Assembly (NCBI GenBank): GCA_016185505.1
Contig: JACPNL010000009.1
Coordinates: 1 to 57,854, forward strand
Reading direction: 5' to 3'
Source of the DNA: Candidatus Yanofskybacteria bacterium
Lineage (GTDB): Bacteria > Patescibacteriota > Minisyncoccia > 2-02-FULL-40-12 > GWA2-44-9
Length of the DNA stretch: 57,854 bases
The notes under the pieces were generated by a model. The model had not been told where the DNA came from. It ran no database searches and was given only the letters and a program-made list of their open reading frames with translations. The position numbers and the translations under genes were made by a program. Position 1 is the stretch's first letter, and each line of letters opens with the position of its first letter. This document shows, piece by piece, positions 41,659 to 51,593 of the stretch.

Positions 41659-43410
41659 TTACGAACGTAATTTCGCCCATTCCTCCTTTGCCTTCTCTAT
41701 CTCCAGTATTTGTTTCGGGTCGGAGGTTATTATCTGGTCCTCGGCATATGACGCCACAACTCGAATGCCGACGTGATTCTGGCCGACGAAGAATAACCCG
41801 AAACCGACCCGTGCTTCCAATAGGTAGTACTTTTCGGCATCTGTGAGATTGAATGTTTTTTGAACAATATCTATTGCCGCTGGCGACTGCTTCATCAGTA
41901 CCTGTATGGATGAGTTAGTCACGATGCTTTTGCCCTTATCAGTGGAAAGCATGTCGTTTATATCCTGTGATATAGTGGTCAGACCAAGATAGTATTTCCT
42001 GGCTCGTTTGGCGATGTTAGACAAGAAGTCCGCGCCGATCTCATATTTCATAAGCCACCACGCCTCGTCGACTATAAGAAGGCGCTTCTTCTGTTCTCTT
42101 CTTACCGATGTCCATATGTGGTTAAGTATTGAGTACATTGCGATAGGCCTTAATTCTTCCTCCATGTCTCTGATACTGAATACGACAAGGTTGTTGTTTA
42201 AGGAAACATTGGTGGGCATATTCAAAAATCCGGCGAAAGTTCCTGTGGTATACTTCTTAAGCCGTATAGCCATTGATTCGCCCCCGGTCAGACCTTCCAT
42301 TATATTTTGAAGGTCGGATAATACGGGGGGTGGTTTGTTTGAAAAATCAGAGTCGGGCGTTATGTCTTTGATTGCGTACGTCTGTATCAGCGCTTCGTCT
42401 AGTACTGCGCCTTCTTCCGGAGTGAGTTCCCCGAGTATCAGCCGCATAAGACCGGTCAAATCCAAAATATGCGACTTGAATACGTCAGCCGGCGATTCAT
42501 CCGGCTTGGGCGCGGGAAGGTCAAGCGGATTTATATGCTGATCTGAAGTTATGGATATTTTTATAGGTGAGCCGCCAACTGTTTCGGCCAAATATTTATA
42601 CTCGTCTTCAGGATCAATTATTATGACTTGAGTACCGAATATCAAACTTCTCAAGATTTCTAATTTTACGGTGTACGACTTACCTCCGCCGCTTTTGCCG
42701 AATACAACCGCGTTAAAATTTTCCAAACTGAACCTATCGAATAGAACTAGCGAGTTGTTGTGAGTATTGATGCCGTAGAGTATGCCGTCGTTGGAGGTTA
42801 AGTCAAAAGATACGAACGGGAATATGGAAGATAGCGGCTCGGTATTAAGTGAAGTGTGCACGTTGAGGCGGTCGTCATTAATGGGCATAGTGGAAGTAAA
42901 ACCTTCAAGCATTCTGAATGTTGCCGCTTTAGGAAAAACCAGCTGGTATTCCATCATACTTCGCAGTTTGCTCTCTGTCTCGTCAAGCTCTTTTAAGCTG
43001 TTCTCATATATTGTTATATAGACGCCAAGCTCGAAGAATTTGTCTGTTCCTTGCTGGAGCCGGTCTCGCAAGTTCTCTATATCGTTTATTGCTGTTTCCA
43101 GTATAGGGTCTCTCACCTTTCCTTTGGCTGATTCTTCCATTGTCTGCGCTTCAAAGCGGGTAAGCTGATCTCGCAGTTGTTTCAGGACTGTCGCGGTATT
43201 CTTGGGGAGGACAAATATTGAAATATCAAAGACCCTATCCAGATTAATGACAGGAGAAAACCAGTTAGTTTGGAGGTATCTCGGGAAGGTTGCCAGAAAG
43301 ATGGTCCGGGCGAACTTATCCCCCACCTGGATGTGGGAAGGAGCGATATTGAAAGCGCCTGGAGCCAAATATTCTGATAAAGTATTTTTAGTTTTCTCTG
43401 TATTTGCCAT
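41659..43410 (-). CDS. VirB4/TrbE-like conjugation/T4SS ATPase (ATPase portion)
   Basis: Walker A GKSGGGKS and Walker B LLIVDEAW. Confidence 0.75.
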   Translation of the reverse strand: MANTEKTKNTLSEYLAPGAFNIAPSHIQVGDKFARTIFLATFPRYLQTNWFSPVINLDRVFDISIFVLPKNTATVLKQLRDQLTRFEAQTMEESAKGKVRDPILETAINDIENLRDRLQQGTDKFFELGVYITIYENSLKELDETESKLRSMMEYQLVFPKAATFRMLEGFTSTMPINDDRLNVHTSLNTEPLSSIFPFVSFDLTSNDGILYGINTHNNSLVLFDRFSLENFNAVVFGKSGGGKSYTVKLEILRSLIFGTQVIIIDPEDEYKYLAETVGGSPIKISITSDQHINPLDLPAPKPDESPADVFKSHILDLTGLMRLILGELTPEEGAVLDEALIQTYAIKDITPDSDFSNKPPPVLSDLQNIMEGLTGGESMAIRLKKYTTGTFAGFLNMPTNVSLNNNLVVFSIRDMEEELRPIAMYSILNHIWTSVRREQKKRLLIVDEAWWLMKYEIGADFLSNIAKRARKYYLGLTTISQDINDMLSTDKGKSIVTNSSIQVLMKQSPAAIDIVQKTFNLTDAEKYYLLEARVGFGLFFVGQNHVGIRVVASYAEDQIITSDPKQILEIEKAKEEWAKLRS

Positions 43411-43438
43411 ATCGTCGCGACTTATTACACTGGTTGCT

Positions 43439-43534
43439 CAAATGTAAAATGTAAATATCAAAATTAAAAATTACAATTCAAAATTTTAAAATTTTACACT
43501 GTCATTTTGCATTTTGATTTTTGAATTTTAAATT
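43439..43534. repeat. AT-rich hairpin, 'aaatgtaaaatgtaaatatcaaaat..' family
   Basis: Nearly identical to 44148-44245. Related copies occur at 23874-24030 and 28784-28858. Confidence 0.8.
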
Positions 43535-44144
43535 ATTTCGATGGATTATACAGTTCATAATAAAGTTTTTTCAGCTCCTCGTCTTCCATGGGTTTTATTT
43601 TCAAACCAAGGCCAATGAGGCCGCCATAGATTAGATCCGCTCTTTGTAATAGCTGGTTTTTGTATGTATTGAATTGCTCGTCGGTCAGTTCTTTAGGAAC
43701 GACTTTTGGATTGATTAAACCCTTTAAACTCTCAATCAGTCCGGATACTTCCGGTTTTTCAAAAATATAAAACGGTATTATAACGTAAAACTTCTTGGAC
43801 ATGATATTGGACAAGCTGGAGAGTTCTTTTATAAATCTGGAATATTCCGAGACCTGGATTTTAAAGAGTTCATTTTCGGTTGATTCCGTTATCCCGTCAA
43901 CTGTTTTTAAGTACGGCTCTATGTTTAACTCTCTTGAGCTGACAACTATTTGAAGCGGGAAATCAGCCGAATTCAGAAACCTTTGGAATCCCTGAAGTAT
44001 CGCGACTTGTTCATCTGCCGACCGCAATTCAAAGTTTATGGATGAAACCTCAAGAACCATTCGGAGGGAACCGTTTTTCAATATCACGACACCTTCTCGT
44101 ATGTCGGAAATGGGGATTAAGTTTTCGGTGGAATGGTTAGGCAT
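43533..44144 (-). CDS. hypothetical protein resembling the N-terminal domain of VirB4/TraC-type ATPases (split gene?)
   Basis: The IPISDIREGVVILKNGSLRMVLEVSSINFELRS pattern sits directly upstream of the ATPase ORF. Confidence 0.4.
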   Translation of the reverse strand: MPNHSTENLIPISDIREGVVILKNGSLRMVLEVSSINFELRSADEQVAILQGFQRFLNSADFPLQIVVSSRELNIEPYLKTVDGITESTENELFKIQVSEYSRFIKELSSLSNIMSKKFYVIIPFYIFEKPEVSGLIESLKGLINPKVVPKELTDEQFNTYKNQLLQRADLIYGGLIGLGLKIKPMEDEELKKLYYELYNPSK

Positions 44145-44147
44145 ATT

Positions 44148-44245
44148 TCAAATGTAAAATGTAAATATCAAAATGAAAAATTACAATTCAAAATTTTAAA
44201 ATTTTACACTATCATTTTGCACTTTGATTTTTGAATTTTAAATTA
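44148..44245. repeat. AT-rich hairpin, aaatgtaaaatgtaaat family
   Basis: The right arm encodes the C-terminus and stop of the PrgI-like ORF. Confidence 0.8.
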
Positions 44246-44532
44246 TCTTCCTCTGTCTTTTTGAAGATATATCTTTTCGGATTCAGTAAATATGATAGTA
44301 AATACGCAATGTAATTGATCAACGGCATCTCGTCTATTTTCAGAAAAGCAAGAGCCAAGAATATACCGGCTACCGGTATGCCGGCGGCAAAAAATATTAA
44401 ACTGGGACCGGCAGTCATAAATAAAAGGAACAATATCGCCGCTCCGCCGGCCACCCATAAAAATTGCTTCAAAGTCAGCGGCCCAACAAGCTTGGTTTCT
44501 GTTTCAATAAATTGTGGCAATTGAAATCTCAT
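44212..44532 (-). CDS. PrgI/VirB3-like small T4SS membrane protein
   Basis: The pattern MRFQLPQFIETETKLVGPLTLKQFLWV followed by two TM helices is typical of PrgI-family proteins. Confidence 0.55.
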   Translation of the reverse strand: MRFQLPQFIETETKLVGPLTLKQFLWVAGGAAILFLLFMTAGPSLIFFAAGIPVAGIFLALAFLKIDEMPLINYIAYLLSYLLNPKRYIFKKTEEDNLKFKNQSAK

Positions 44533-44652
44533 GCTCGCTACGCTCGCCCGCGATGCTAATATACGAATGCATGCGAATGATACGAATGGATACTTTTAGT
44601 ATACTTAATTATACCAGATTGCGTCTTAAAAACTTGACAAGTAGTCAACATG

Positions 44653-44681
44653 TTGACTTTTAGGCAGTTTTGGTGTATAAT
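44653..44681 (+). promoter_or_regulatory. consensus sigma70 promoter overlapped by a 16-nt perfect palindrome
   Basis: TTGACT, 17-nt spacer, TATAAT. The palindrome agtcaacatgttgact (44643-44658) covers the -35. A second TTGACA lies at 44634. Confidence 0.65.
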
Positions 44682-44708
44682 TAAGGGTATAGGAGGTTGT
44701 TCATATTC

Positions 44709-45272
44709 ATGAAAAAGATGCTGGAAGTGCTCCGAGTCCTTGAACAGCTTGGCGCGGAGTGGAAGGCGCGGCGGATCACAAGAACACGCATTCACGATAC
44801 GATTGAGTGCGTAACCCTTGTCCAGATGGATGAGGGAGTGGTCAGGAGTCTTGTCACAGTTGACAGGGTAAGCGGCTACTCCCGGACGGAAGCAGAGATT
44901 GTCTGTTATCTTGCCGGCCGGCTTGAGGAAGATGGCGTGTTCAAGCATGCCAAGCATCCCAAAGACAAGACGGCCAAACTGTTTGAGTATCAGAACACGG
45001 TAATGTACCGGTACTCAAAAGTGTTTGGTATCAAGTTGGGGTGGCGCCCTGTTGGTACGGTGCCAGCGGAGCATCAGTTTCTGACTGACTTCGCCGACCG
45101 GCTGATAGCCGAGGCCGATGTGGCGCAGAAGGCCACTGCTGACGAGGCGAAAGTCGTCGCCGAAGAGCGGCGCGGCGAGAAAACGAGGAAACGGCTCGAC
45201 GGGCCCTGTTCGGGTGAACAGGGCTTTTTAATTTTGTCTGTTACGGAGGTTGATAACGTTTGGGTTGTCTGA
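44709..45272 (+). CDS. hypothetical protein, ~187 aa, GC-richer cassette antisense to the T4SS-like cluster
   Basis: AGGAGG at 44691. The reading frame is protein-like (MKKMLEVLRVLEQLGAEWKARR..). No family is recognised. Confidence 0.5.
   Translation: MKKMLEVLRVLEQLGAEWKARRITRTRIHDTIECVTLVQMDEGVVRSLVTVDRVSGYSRTEAEIVCYLAGRLEEDGVFKHAKHPKDKTAKLFEYQNTVMYRYSKVFGIKLGWRPVGTVPAEHQFLTDFADRLIAEADVAQKATADEAKVVAEERRGEKTRKRLDGPCSGEQGFLILSVTEVDNVWVV
45203..45229 (+). terminator. Rho-independent terminator inside the 3' end of the cassette ORF
   Basis: gccctgttc-gggt-gaacagggc followed by ttttt. Confidence 0.65.
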
Positions 45273-45746
45273 CTGGGCTGGTTCGGGTTGCTTAACAGGC
45301 GGCCGTATTTGAGTTTGAGAAGTTTGAGCAGCAACAGAGGAGGGAGCGCCGAACCTTTGCGGGAACTTTGCGGTCTGAATTTTCTTGATATCTTCCAGAG
45401 CGGGAGCGAAGACTTCGTTGACTATCAAACCAAGCAAATTCTTTGCCCTTTCGGATGGTAACCCCACCCCGTGAGCTATAAGTTCTACTCCGCCACCAAT
45501 AAATACTTCGCCTGCCGCAATTTTTCTCACTGCGAAAGAAAGCGCCTCGGTGTCAAATTCGTCCAGCTCGAATGTTTTGCCGGTGTTGATAATTTTTTCG
45601 GCAGTGTCTAACGATGTTAGCAGATTTTTAACCATTTGTGGTGAATCGTTAAACAACTTCAAAAACCGGGCTCGCTCTTCACTTTTCTCCATGTCTTGCT
45701 CGGCAAAATAGGGACTAAATTGTAAATATTGTTCGTAAGTGATCAT
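45228..45746 (-). CDS. hypothetical protein, 172 aa
   Basis: ORF track entry; translationally coupled to the upstream VirB6-like gene. Confidence 0.5.
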   Translation of the reverse strand: MITYEQYLQFSPYFAEQDMEKSEERARFLKLFNDSPQMVKNLLTSLDTAEKIINTGKTFELDEFDTEALSFAVRKIAAGEVFIGGGVELIAHGVGLPSERAKNLLGLIVNEVFAPALEDIKKIQTAKFPQRFGAPSSVAAQTSQTQIRPPVKQPEPAQSDNPNVINLRNRQN

Positions 45747-45748
45747 AA

Positions 45749-47908
45749 CTAGGGTTGTTGTTTAAGGGCGATATCTTCAATTCGCTCGTCTTGTTTCTCG
45801 ATCTTGTTTTGCAAAGAGTTAATTTCCCCTTCTTTTGAGTTAATTTCTCTTTGTAGCCGTTTGTATTCATCGCCGGTGGGATAATTTTGAACTAGAGCAA
45901 ACTGTTGCAGAAGACTGGTTCTTTGTTGGTTGGCTGTAGTAAGTTGATTCTCCAATGCTTGCCTTTTGTTTGTAAGAGGGGCAATTTTGGTACCTAGTAT
46001 CCTCGTTCTCTCTTTTGCTGCTGTGCTTTCTAACATCGTCTGGGCCTTTCCGGTTGACTTGACGGCCATATTTTCAAGTTTTTTCGGATTTGTGCTTAAA
46101 ACCTTGTCGAAGGCCCTTCTTATTGATTGATTCTCAATCAAACCTGTTTCTGGGCCGCTTTCAACAAACTTGAAACTCGGGTCGTTTAGCATTCCTACGA
46201 TATCGTCCTCGCTCATACGTTTTATGGCCTTTTGAAGTTCTTCGTCTGTATTTTGAGCTCCTTCAACGGCAAATTTAACCTTAGCTTCAACAACGGCGAG
46301 AAGATTTTTCTTATTACCCTTGTCAAGAAATTCTTTGAGCTCTCCTTTGGCAAAGTATTCAGCCATCCTATCTATTTCTGCGGGGTCAAGTTTGTCTTTC
46401 TCAATCATAGCCAATGCGTTTTTCTTTTTAGCTTCAAGGTTGGTCAGAGACCGCTCAAATCTCTTGCGGTCGGCTTCAGAATACTTGCTGAAATCAACGC
46501 TCGTGATGAATTTGTTGGCTGCTTCTCTGTCAACGCCGTACATTTTTTCTGTTTCAAGTACTTCGTCCACTTTCAATTCACCCAACTCATTAAGACGCTG
46601 TCGGGCGGCCAAACGTTGTTCCCTGCTACCGCTTTTAGCAAAGTCGCGCAGTCTATCTTTATCATGAGCAAAGGGTTTTTGTTTTTCTTTCTCCGCTTCG
46701 ACACCTTTCTCTAGCGCACCTTTGGTGCCAAGCATTCGGGCGCGTCTTAAGGCCTCGGCTTCAAGCGCCTTTTCACCGCCAAATCGGTATTGCCCGAACC
46801 CATAGCCCTCTTTTTGTATTTCCTGCAACTTTTGCAGGCTGCCTCTTCGCCAGCCCTCGGCGCCGGTCAGACGCATTGCTCTTTCCCTTCCCCACTTGGC
46901 TACGCTGATTATCCCCGTTCCGGAAAATTGGCCGGCGTTCATTGCTACTTTGGTTCCGCCGATAAGAAAGACGGCGACAAGAGCGTATGAGAAAATCAAA
47001 CTGAAAGTAAAGTTGCCGCCTGGGCCGGTTAAACTACTGTCAACAAAGGTCTGTCCTAATCCCTCGATGACTTTCGGCATATTGCCCAAGAAATACAGAG
47101 CGAAGTAAAGGGAAAATAAGTAATAAGGCAAAAATAAATTCCAGCCCAGGAATTGCTTCCACCAATTATCAAAAGCCCCCTTTGTTGCCGGCAGGATACT
47201 CAACAGCCAAGCCATCGGCGATACAATAAGCAAAGCCCAAAGTATCGGTATTCTGACAAAAGACACGACAAGAGGGACGGCGACGCTTACTAAGACGGCA
47301 AAAAACATAAAAATACCGAAGAGAAGATTGATTATAGAGGAAAAGGTTAAGTCGCTGATGGCTTTTCCGCTTTCCGTAACTTCTTTGACGTCTGGCAGCA
47401 ACGTTGTAACATCTAACCCTTGTCCGAGCTGCCCGGAGATATCGCCCATCGCGGCAAGGAACGTGTTATTCAGAACTTGCGTGATGTCTATCATCAGTCC
47501 GCCAAGGACCAAACTGAAATTTATCAGTACGGCAACGACTATAAATCTGGGTATCAGCGACTTGAAGTCGTATTTGGGGATGTTGAATATCGTACCGTAA
47601 GCCATCACTATCAGCGCGATGATAAAGAGCATATTGGCGAAATCGCGCATAATTTTCCAACTCTCTTCTATGACCGGAACATTCGTATAAATTCTTATGT
47701 TGACTGTCCAGGCAAGCAGTTGGACCAACGCGCCCATCAGGGTGCCTATTACCGAGAACACTATCTGCAGAGAATAAGCAAAAAGATTGCTGGCCGCGCC
47801 GTAAGCGATACCGCTAAACCAGCCTTCTTGGGCATATGCGTCAAAAACCGGCAGGAACAAGCCAGTGGCTAGTATGACCAATAATAGTTTTTTTGAAAAT
47901 ATTCTCAT
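45749..47908 (-). CDS. VirB6/TrbL-like polytopic membrane protein with long C-terminal coiled coil
   Basis: Signal peptide, at least six TM helices in the N-terminal ~330 aa, then a charged helical tail. Confidence 0.45.
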   Translation of the reverse strand: MRIFSKKLLLVILATGLFLPVFDAYAQEGWFSGIAYGAASNLFAYSLQIVFSVIGTLMGALVQLLAWTVNIRIYTNVPVIEESWKIMRDFANMLFIIALIVMAYGTIFNIPKYDFKSLIPRFIVVAVLINFSLVLGGLMIDITQVLNNTFLAAMGDISGQLGQGLDVTTLLPDVKEVTESGKAISDLTFSSIINLLFGIFMFFAVLVSVAVPLVVSFVRIPILWALLIVSPMAWLLSILPATKGAFDNWWKQFLGWNLFLPYYLFSLYFALYFLGNMPKVIEGLGQTFVDSSLTGPGGNFTFSLIFSYALVAVFLIGGTKVAMNAGQFSGTGIISVAKWGRERAMRLTGAEGWRRGSLQKLQEIQKEGYGFGQYRFGGEKALEAEALRRARMLGTKGALEKGVEAEKEKQKPFAHDKDRLRDFAKSGSREQRLAARQRLNELGELKVDEVLETEKMYGVDREAANKFITSVDFSKYSEADRKRFERSLTNLEAKKKNALAMIEKDKLDPAEIDRMAEYFAKGELKEFLDKGNKKNLLAVVEAKVKFAVEGAQNTDEELQKAIKRMSEDDIVGMLNDPSFKFVESGPETGLIENQSIRRAFDKVLSTNPKKLENMAVKSTGKAQTMLESTAAKERTRILGTKIAPLTNKRQALENQLTTANQQRTSLLQQFALVQNYPTGDEYKRLQREINSKEGEINSLQNKIEKQDERIEDIALKQQP

Positions 47909-49185
47909 TAAGGCTGTTCGTTTGGCGGTGGATTTTCAATATTTACATCAACTTGTATTTCGCAATCCTGCGGGCAAGTTAAAGCGTTTTCATTGACCGA
48001 ACACACATTGTCGCCGCAGACAGGATTTGAACTTTGATAATCATCTGTGTAGTTGGGCGTATCCACGTTATCTGGCAGAAGACCGGTTGCCTTATAACAA
48101 GCATTTACACACCTCTCAAACGGAAAGACATTGTCGTCGTCTCTTACGCCTTCGCAATAGCTTCTGCCTCCAGGTATGGTTGGAAATTGTACAAGAGCTT
48201 GAGGAAAGTTTGCGGCAATATAGGTGATAGCCTCTTGAGATATATTATCTTTTGCGGTACAAAACTCATTTCTGTAAGAGTTCTCGTTATTCAAGGCAGT
48301 TCCGCTGTCGCTTGTGTCTGAACTAGCCAGGTCGAACAACTTATTTGTTATAAATTCCGATATTGCAGCTATCGCAAGAGAGGCCGCGTCCGCAGTCGTA
48401 TAAAACTTAAGATGCGCGTCAAAGACACTCGCTACCTGTTCGCCCAAAGTTGAGCCGGGGGTTTTAATTTTACCTAGTATTGTGCAAGCGCTTGACCCTT
48501 CTTTTTGAACAAGACAGTCCCTGATTCCTACGAACCCTTTTCCGGCTAATGCTTCGTTGGTGGCGGCCGACTCTTCAATAGCCCTTTGTCTGTTTGCTTC
48601 GTCCAACGATTGGAAAAGAACGCCATAATAATTATTTTGCGGTTCAAGAAGTCGTGACCACGCTTCCCACCCGCCGTTGCCGGAGAAGTCCTGTTTGTAC
48701 GCGTTAAAGTCAAAAGTATTCGGGAGAGTACACCCTGTTTTGGCCTGAAACGAGTCAAAACCGTTTGTTCGTGTAAGAATCCGAGATACATTTACGGCCT
48801 GGTTTGCTCCAAATATGTTCTTGAGATCGTTTTCAAAATAGTTGCACAATTTGGTTGACTTGAGAACTCCTCTGAACACCTCTTCCCCTCTATATTGCGA
48901 GTTTAGTTGAAACTCACGCCAGTCCTGAACAAACAACGCGCCGCCTCCTATGCCACCGGTCTGGATTTTATTTAATATCCTATTGGCCGCGGCCCTAAAA
49001 GCCCCTTGAGCCGCGGCTTTTGCGGCAGTATCTAGTCCAAATTTCATTGCAGCGAACCAGTCAGTGGCCCGGGCGTTATAAGCCAAAGGCCCCCCGAGGA
49101 GAGAAATTCCTATAACCAAGATGACTAATGTTTTGATCTTAAAAGCCACTAGTAAGAGAGTTAACCAACGACCATAGCTGGCCAT
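47908..49185 (-). CDS. hypothetical secreted protein, Cys-rich C-terminus
   Basis: N-terminal TM/signal segment. Its stop/start overlaps the VirB6-like gene. Confidence 0.5.
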   Translation of the reverse strand: MASYGRWLTLLLVAFKIKTLVILVIGISLLGGPLAYNARATDWFAAMKFGLDTAAKAAAQGAFRAAANRILNKIQTGGIGGGALFVQDWREFQLNSQYRGEEVFRGVLKSTKLCNYFENDLKNIFGANQAVNVSRILTRTNGFDSFQAKTGCTLPNTFDFNAYKQDFSGNGGWEAWSRLLEPQNNYYGVLFQSLDEANRQRAIEESAATNEALAGKGFVGIRDCLVQKEGSSACTILGKIKTPGSTLGEQVASVFDAHLKFYTTADAASLAIAAISEFITNKLFDLASSDTSDSGTALNNENSYRNEFCTAKDNISQEAITYIAANFPQALVQFPTIPGGRSYCEGVRDDDNVFPFERCVNACYKATGLLPDNVDTPNYTDDYQSSNPVCGDNVCSVNENALTCPQDCEIQVDVNIENPPPNEQP

Positions 49186-50104
49186 TGGGTGGATTTAGAT
49201 TGTTCTCTTTTATTTTTCGGGTGAGGTTAATTAGGGTTGGTTGTATGTCTTGGTAAACTGAAATTAGGTTACTCATAGCCAGAACGCTTTTAAGAGGATC
49301 CTCGTTTGTTTGGCTAAGCGCTTTGTGGTTGATTATTAATGTTTGTACGTTTGACAAGATCTGCTTATGAATATCAAGCCAAGACGGAGGTACTGGCGTG
49401 GAGTTTAATTTATCAAGAACTTGTTGGTAGTGGTTAGTATTGTCTGTAAAATATCTTTCGCCGTCACTGACTCTCTGGCTATTTTCGGTGAAAAATTCGG
49501 AAAATTTAATTCCTGCTACGCGCGGCTCGTTAACCAGTTGCCCCCATAAATCAACTTGAATTATTGTTCCTACGACATTAAGGTAAGTCTCTTGTGCGCT
49601 TTTAGAGTCGGATGAAAAGATGATTTTCGCAACATCAATATCGTTTGGAGTTAATGTTTGGATACCGTCTAATATCATCTCTGTGCTTATGTCTGCTAGC
49701 GCCTTATTATACACTTCCGGTTCTGTGTCAGTGCTCAGGTCTCCGGCATAGTAGCCGGCGGCCATAAGGGCGCTTACTTTGTCTGTTATATTTAAATCTT
49801 CGGGTGCCGGTAGTTTGTCGTCCGGTCCCGGTTTTAATGGATCGTGGCCGGAAGCGACTTCTTCCCCGTCCAAATAACCGTCGCCGTCGGTGTCAGGGTT
49901 GTTGGGGTCGGTATTCCAATAGGACTCTTCTCTGTTTGTTAGGCCGTCGTTGTCCCAGTCGGCATCTCTTTCAAGAGGCGCGTTGATGTTTGCTTGATTC
50001 GGTTTGATGTTCGAATCAATTTTTAAGTTTTTAAGCCCGAGGTAAGCTAAAGAAACGGCAACAAGTCCGAGAAAACTAATAAAAATTTTTATTTTGATCG
50101 GCAT
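49139..50104 (-). CDS. secreted protein with thrombospondin type-3-like Ca-binding repeats
   Basis: DADWDNDGLTNREE and DPNNPDTDGDGYLDGEE. Confidence 0.55.
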   Translation of the reverse strand: MPIKIKIFISFLGLVAVSLAYLGLKNLKIDSNIKPNQANINAPLERDADWDNDGLTNREESYWNTDPNNPDTDGDGYLDGEEVASGHDPLKPGPDDKLPAPEDLNITDKVSALMAAGYYAGDLSTDTEPEVYNKALADISTEMILDGIQTLTPNDIDVAKIIFSSDSKSAQETYLNVVGTIIQVDLWGQLVNEPRVAGIKFSEFFTENSQRVSDGERYFTDNTNHYQQVLDKLNSTPVPPSWLDIHKQILSNVQTLIINHKALSQTNEDPLKSVLAMSNLISVYQDIQPTLINLTRKIKENNLNPPNGQLWSLVNSLTSGF

Positions 50105-51593
50105 CTGGGGAATTGTATAGCCGGGTGTTACGAAGTTTTATTAAACCAAATCCGAAAATTACCAAAGATAATAATAAAATCGGCCAATCTCCTAATTTAT
50201 TATACCACGTACGTGTCTGATTTAGCACAACGTTGCCTGTTAATATCTGGTATCCTGTTGAATCGGCTGATTTAACTATATTTCCAAGCGGGTCTATTAT
50301 GTGCGAAAAGCCAAAATTTGAGGATATTATCAGGTATTTACCGTTTTCAGCGGCTCTAAATCTCGCGATTGACAAAAGCTGGCCGGCTATAAGGGGGTTG
50401 CCGTTAAAAACGGCCAAGTTATTAGTGTTTATAAGCAATTCTGGGGCGTTATTTCTAATGAGGTCTGGCGAAATAATATCGGAACAAACCGCCAACCCGA
50501 CCTTCAGGTCGTTATGGTACAAAATGTTATTTTCTGTTCCGCCGGTGTAGTTAGTCCCTGAAGATACAAAGTTATTGCCGGTAATTTTTTCAAAAGCTAA
50601 CAAGGGAAGAGCGGCTATATATGGAAGTGATTCTCCTCCCGGTGTCAGCAACTTTTTATCGTAGAAATCGGCTACTCCCCTCTTGGAGTCAATTAAGAGT
50701 GTTTTTGATTTTATTCCTTTTTCATCAGTTACTCTATTGCCGTCTATTATCAGGACTTTATTGTCAGACAAGTTGTTAAAAAATTTCTGAACGGAAGAGT
50801 TGTCAAGAAATCCAGATAAGGTCTTTGAAAAATCGGCATTTTCTGGGAAAACAATTATCTCGGAGTTTTTGGCCGCTTCTTTCAGCAATTCTATTTTTTT
50901 ACCAAAGTCATCCAGTAGTTCGTCCGGTTCGTAAAATGTTTTAAGAAATTTTTTTGTTTGAATAACAGAAACGGTTGTTTCATTTCTTTCAAAAACGCGT
51001 TGGGGAGCAAGATTGACAGCAATGAATATCGCAATAACAAAAAATAAGACCAGAGTTAAACTTTTTATATGCTTCCTCCGGCGGTCTCTTATTAATAAAA
51101 AAAGCGCGGTCGAAAACAAAAGCACTAAAAAGTCAATGCCATATATTCCCCACCAAGCAGATGATTCTCGTATTGGGCTAATACTGGTAAATAAATAAGC
51201 TAAATTTCCAAGAGTCCAGTGGGGGCCAAGTAAACTGCCTTTGCCGAACCAAAGAATCCCAAAGAACCAAGCCCGCGCGTATTCAAGAAGGACAAAAGTT
51301 CCAGCTATAAAAATTGATAGAGGCGCAACATTCAGGCGTCGTGAGAACTTAACAGCAATATAACTAAAACCGCCCCAAAACAAAGACACTCCGGTTACAG
51401 TGATAATAAACGGCAGGAGTATTATTAAAAAAGCCAGAAAACCACTCTCTATCCCTGATGCTGCAAGATGATGAACCGACCAGAACCACCAAAAAATGTA
51501 AGAGAAATAAACTAATCCAACTAAAAAACCCGGCCAAAAACCAGACGGTTTCAGTTGATTGATCTTTTTAAATATTCGGCCAATTTTAGCCAT
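50076..51593 (-). CDS. lnt: apolipoprotein N-acyltransferase
   Basis: N-terminal polytopic domain plus a CN-hydrolase domain (IIVFPENA, GLAVCSD). Confidence 0.75.
   Translation of the reverse strand: MAKIGRIFKKINQLKPSGFWPGFLVGLVYFSYIFWWFWSVHHLAASGIESGFLAFLIILLPFIITVTGVSLFWGGFSYIAVKFSRRLNVAPLSIFIAGTFVLLEYARAWFFGILWFGKGSLLGPHWTLGNLAYLFTSISPIRESSAWWGIYGIDFLVLLFSTALFLLIRDRRRKHIKSLTLVLFFVIAIFIAVNLAPQRVFERNETTVSVIQTKKFLKTFYEPDELLDDFGKKIELLKEAAKNSEIIVFPENADFSKTLSGFLDNSSVQKFFNNLSDNKVLIIDGNRVTDEKGIKSKTLLIDSKRGVADFYDKKLLTPGGESLPYIAALPLLAFEKITGNNFVSSGTNYTGGTENNILYHNDLKVGLAVCSDIISPDLIRNNAPELLINTNNLAVFNGNPLIAGQLLSIARFRAAENGKYLIISSNFGFSHIIDPLGNIVKSADSTGYQILTGNVVLNQTRTWYNKLGDWPILLLSLVIFGFGLIKLRNTRLYNSPDADQNKNFY

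Noticed and set aside
44556-44957. 133-aa minus-strand ORF antisense to the cassette.
   Set aside because: It runs through the cassette promoter and an AT-rich hairpin, and the plus-strand frame has the RBS, promoter and terminator.
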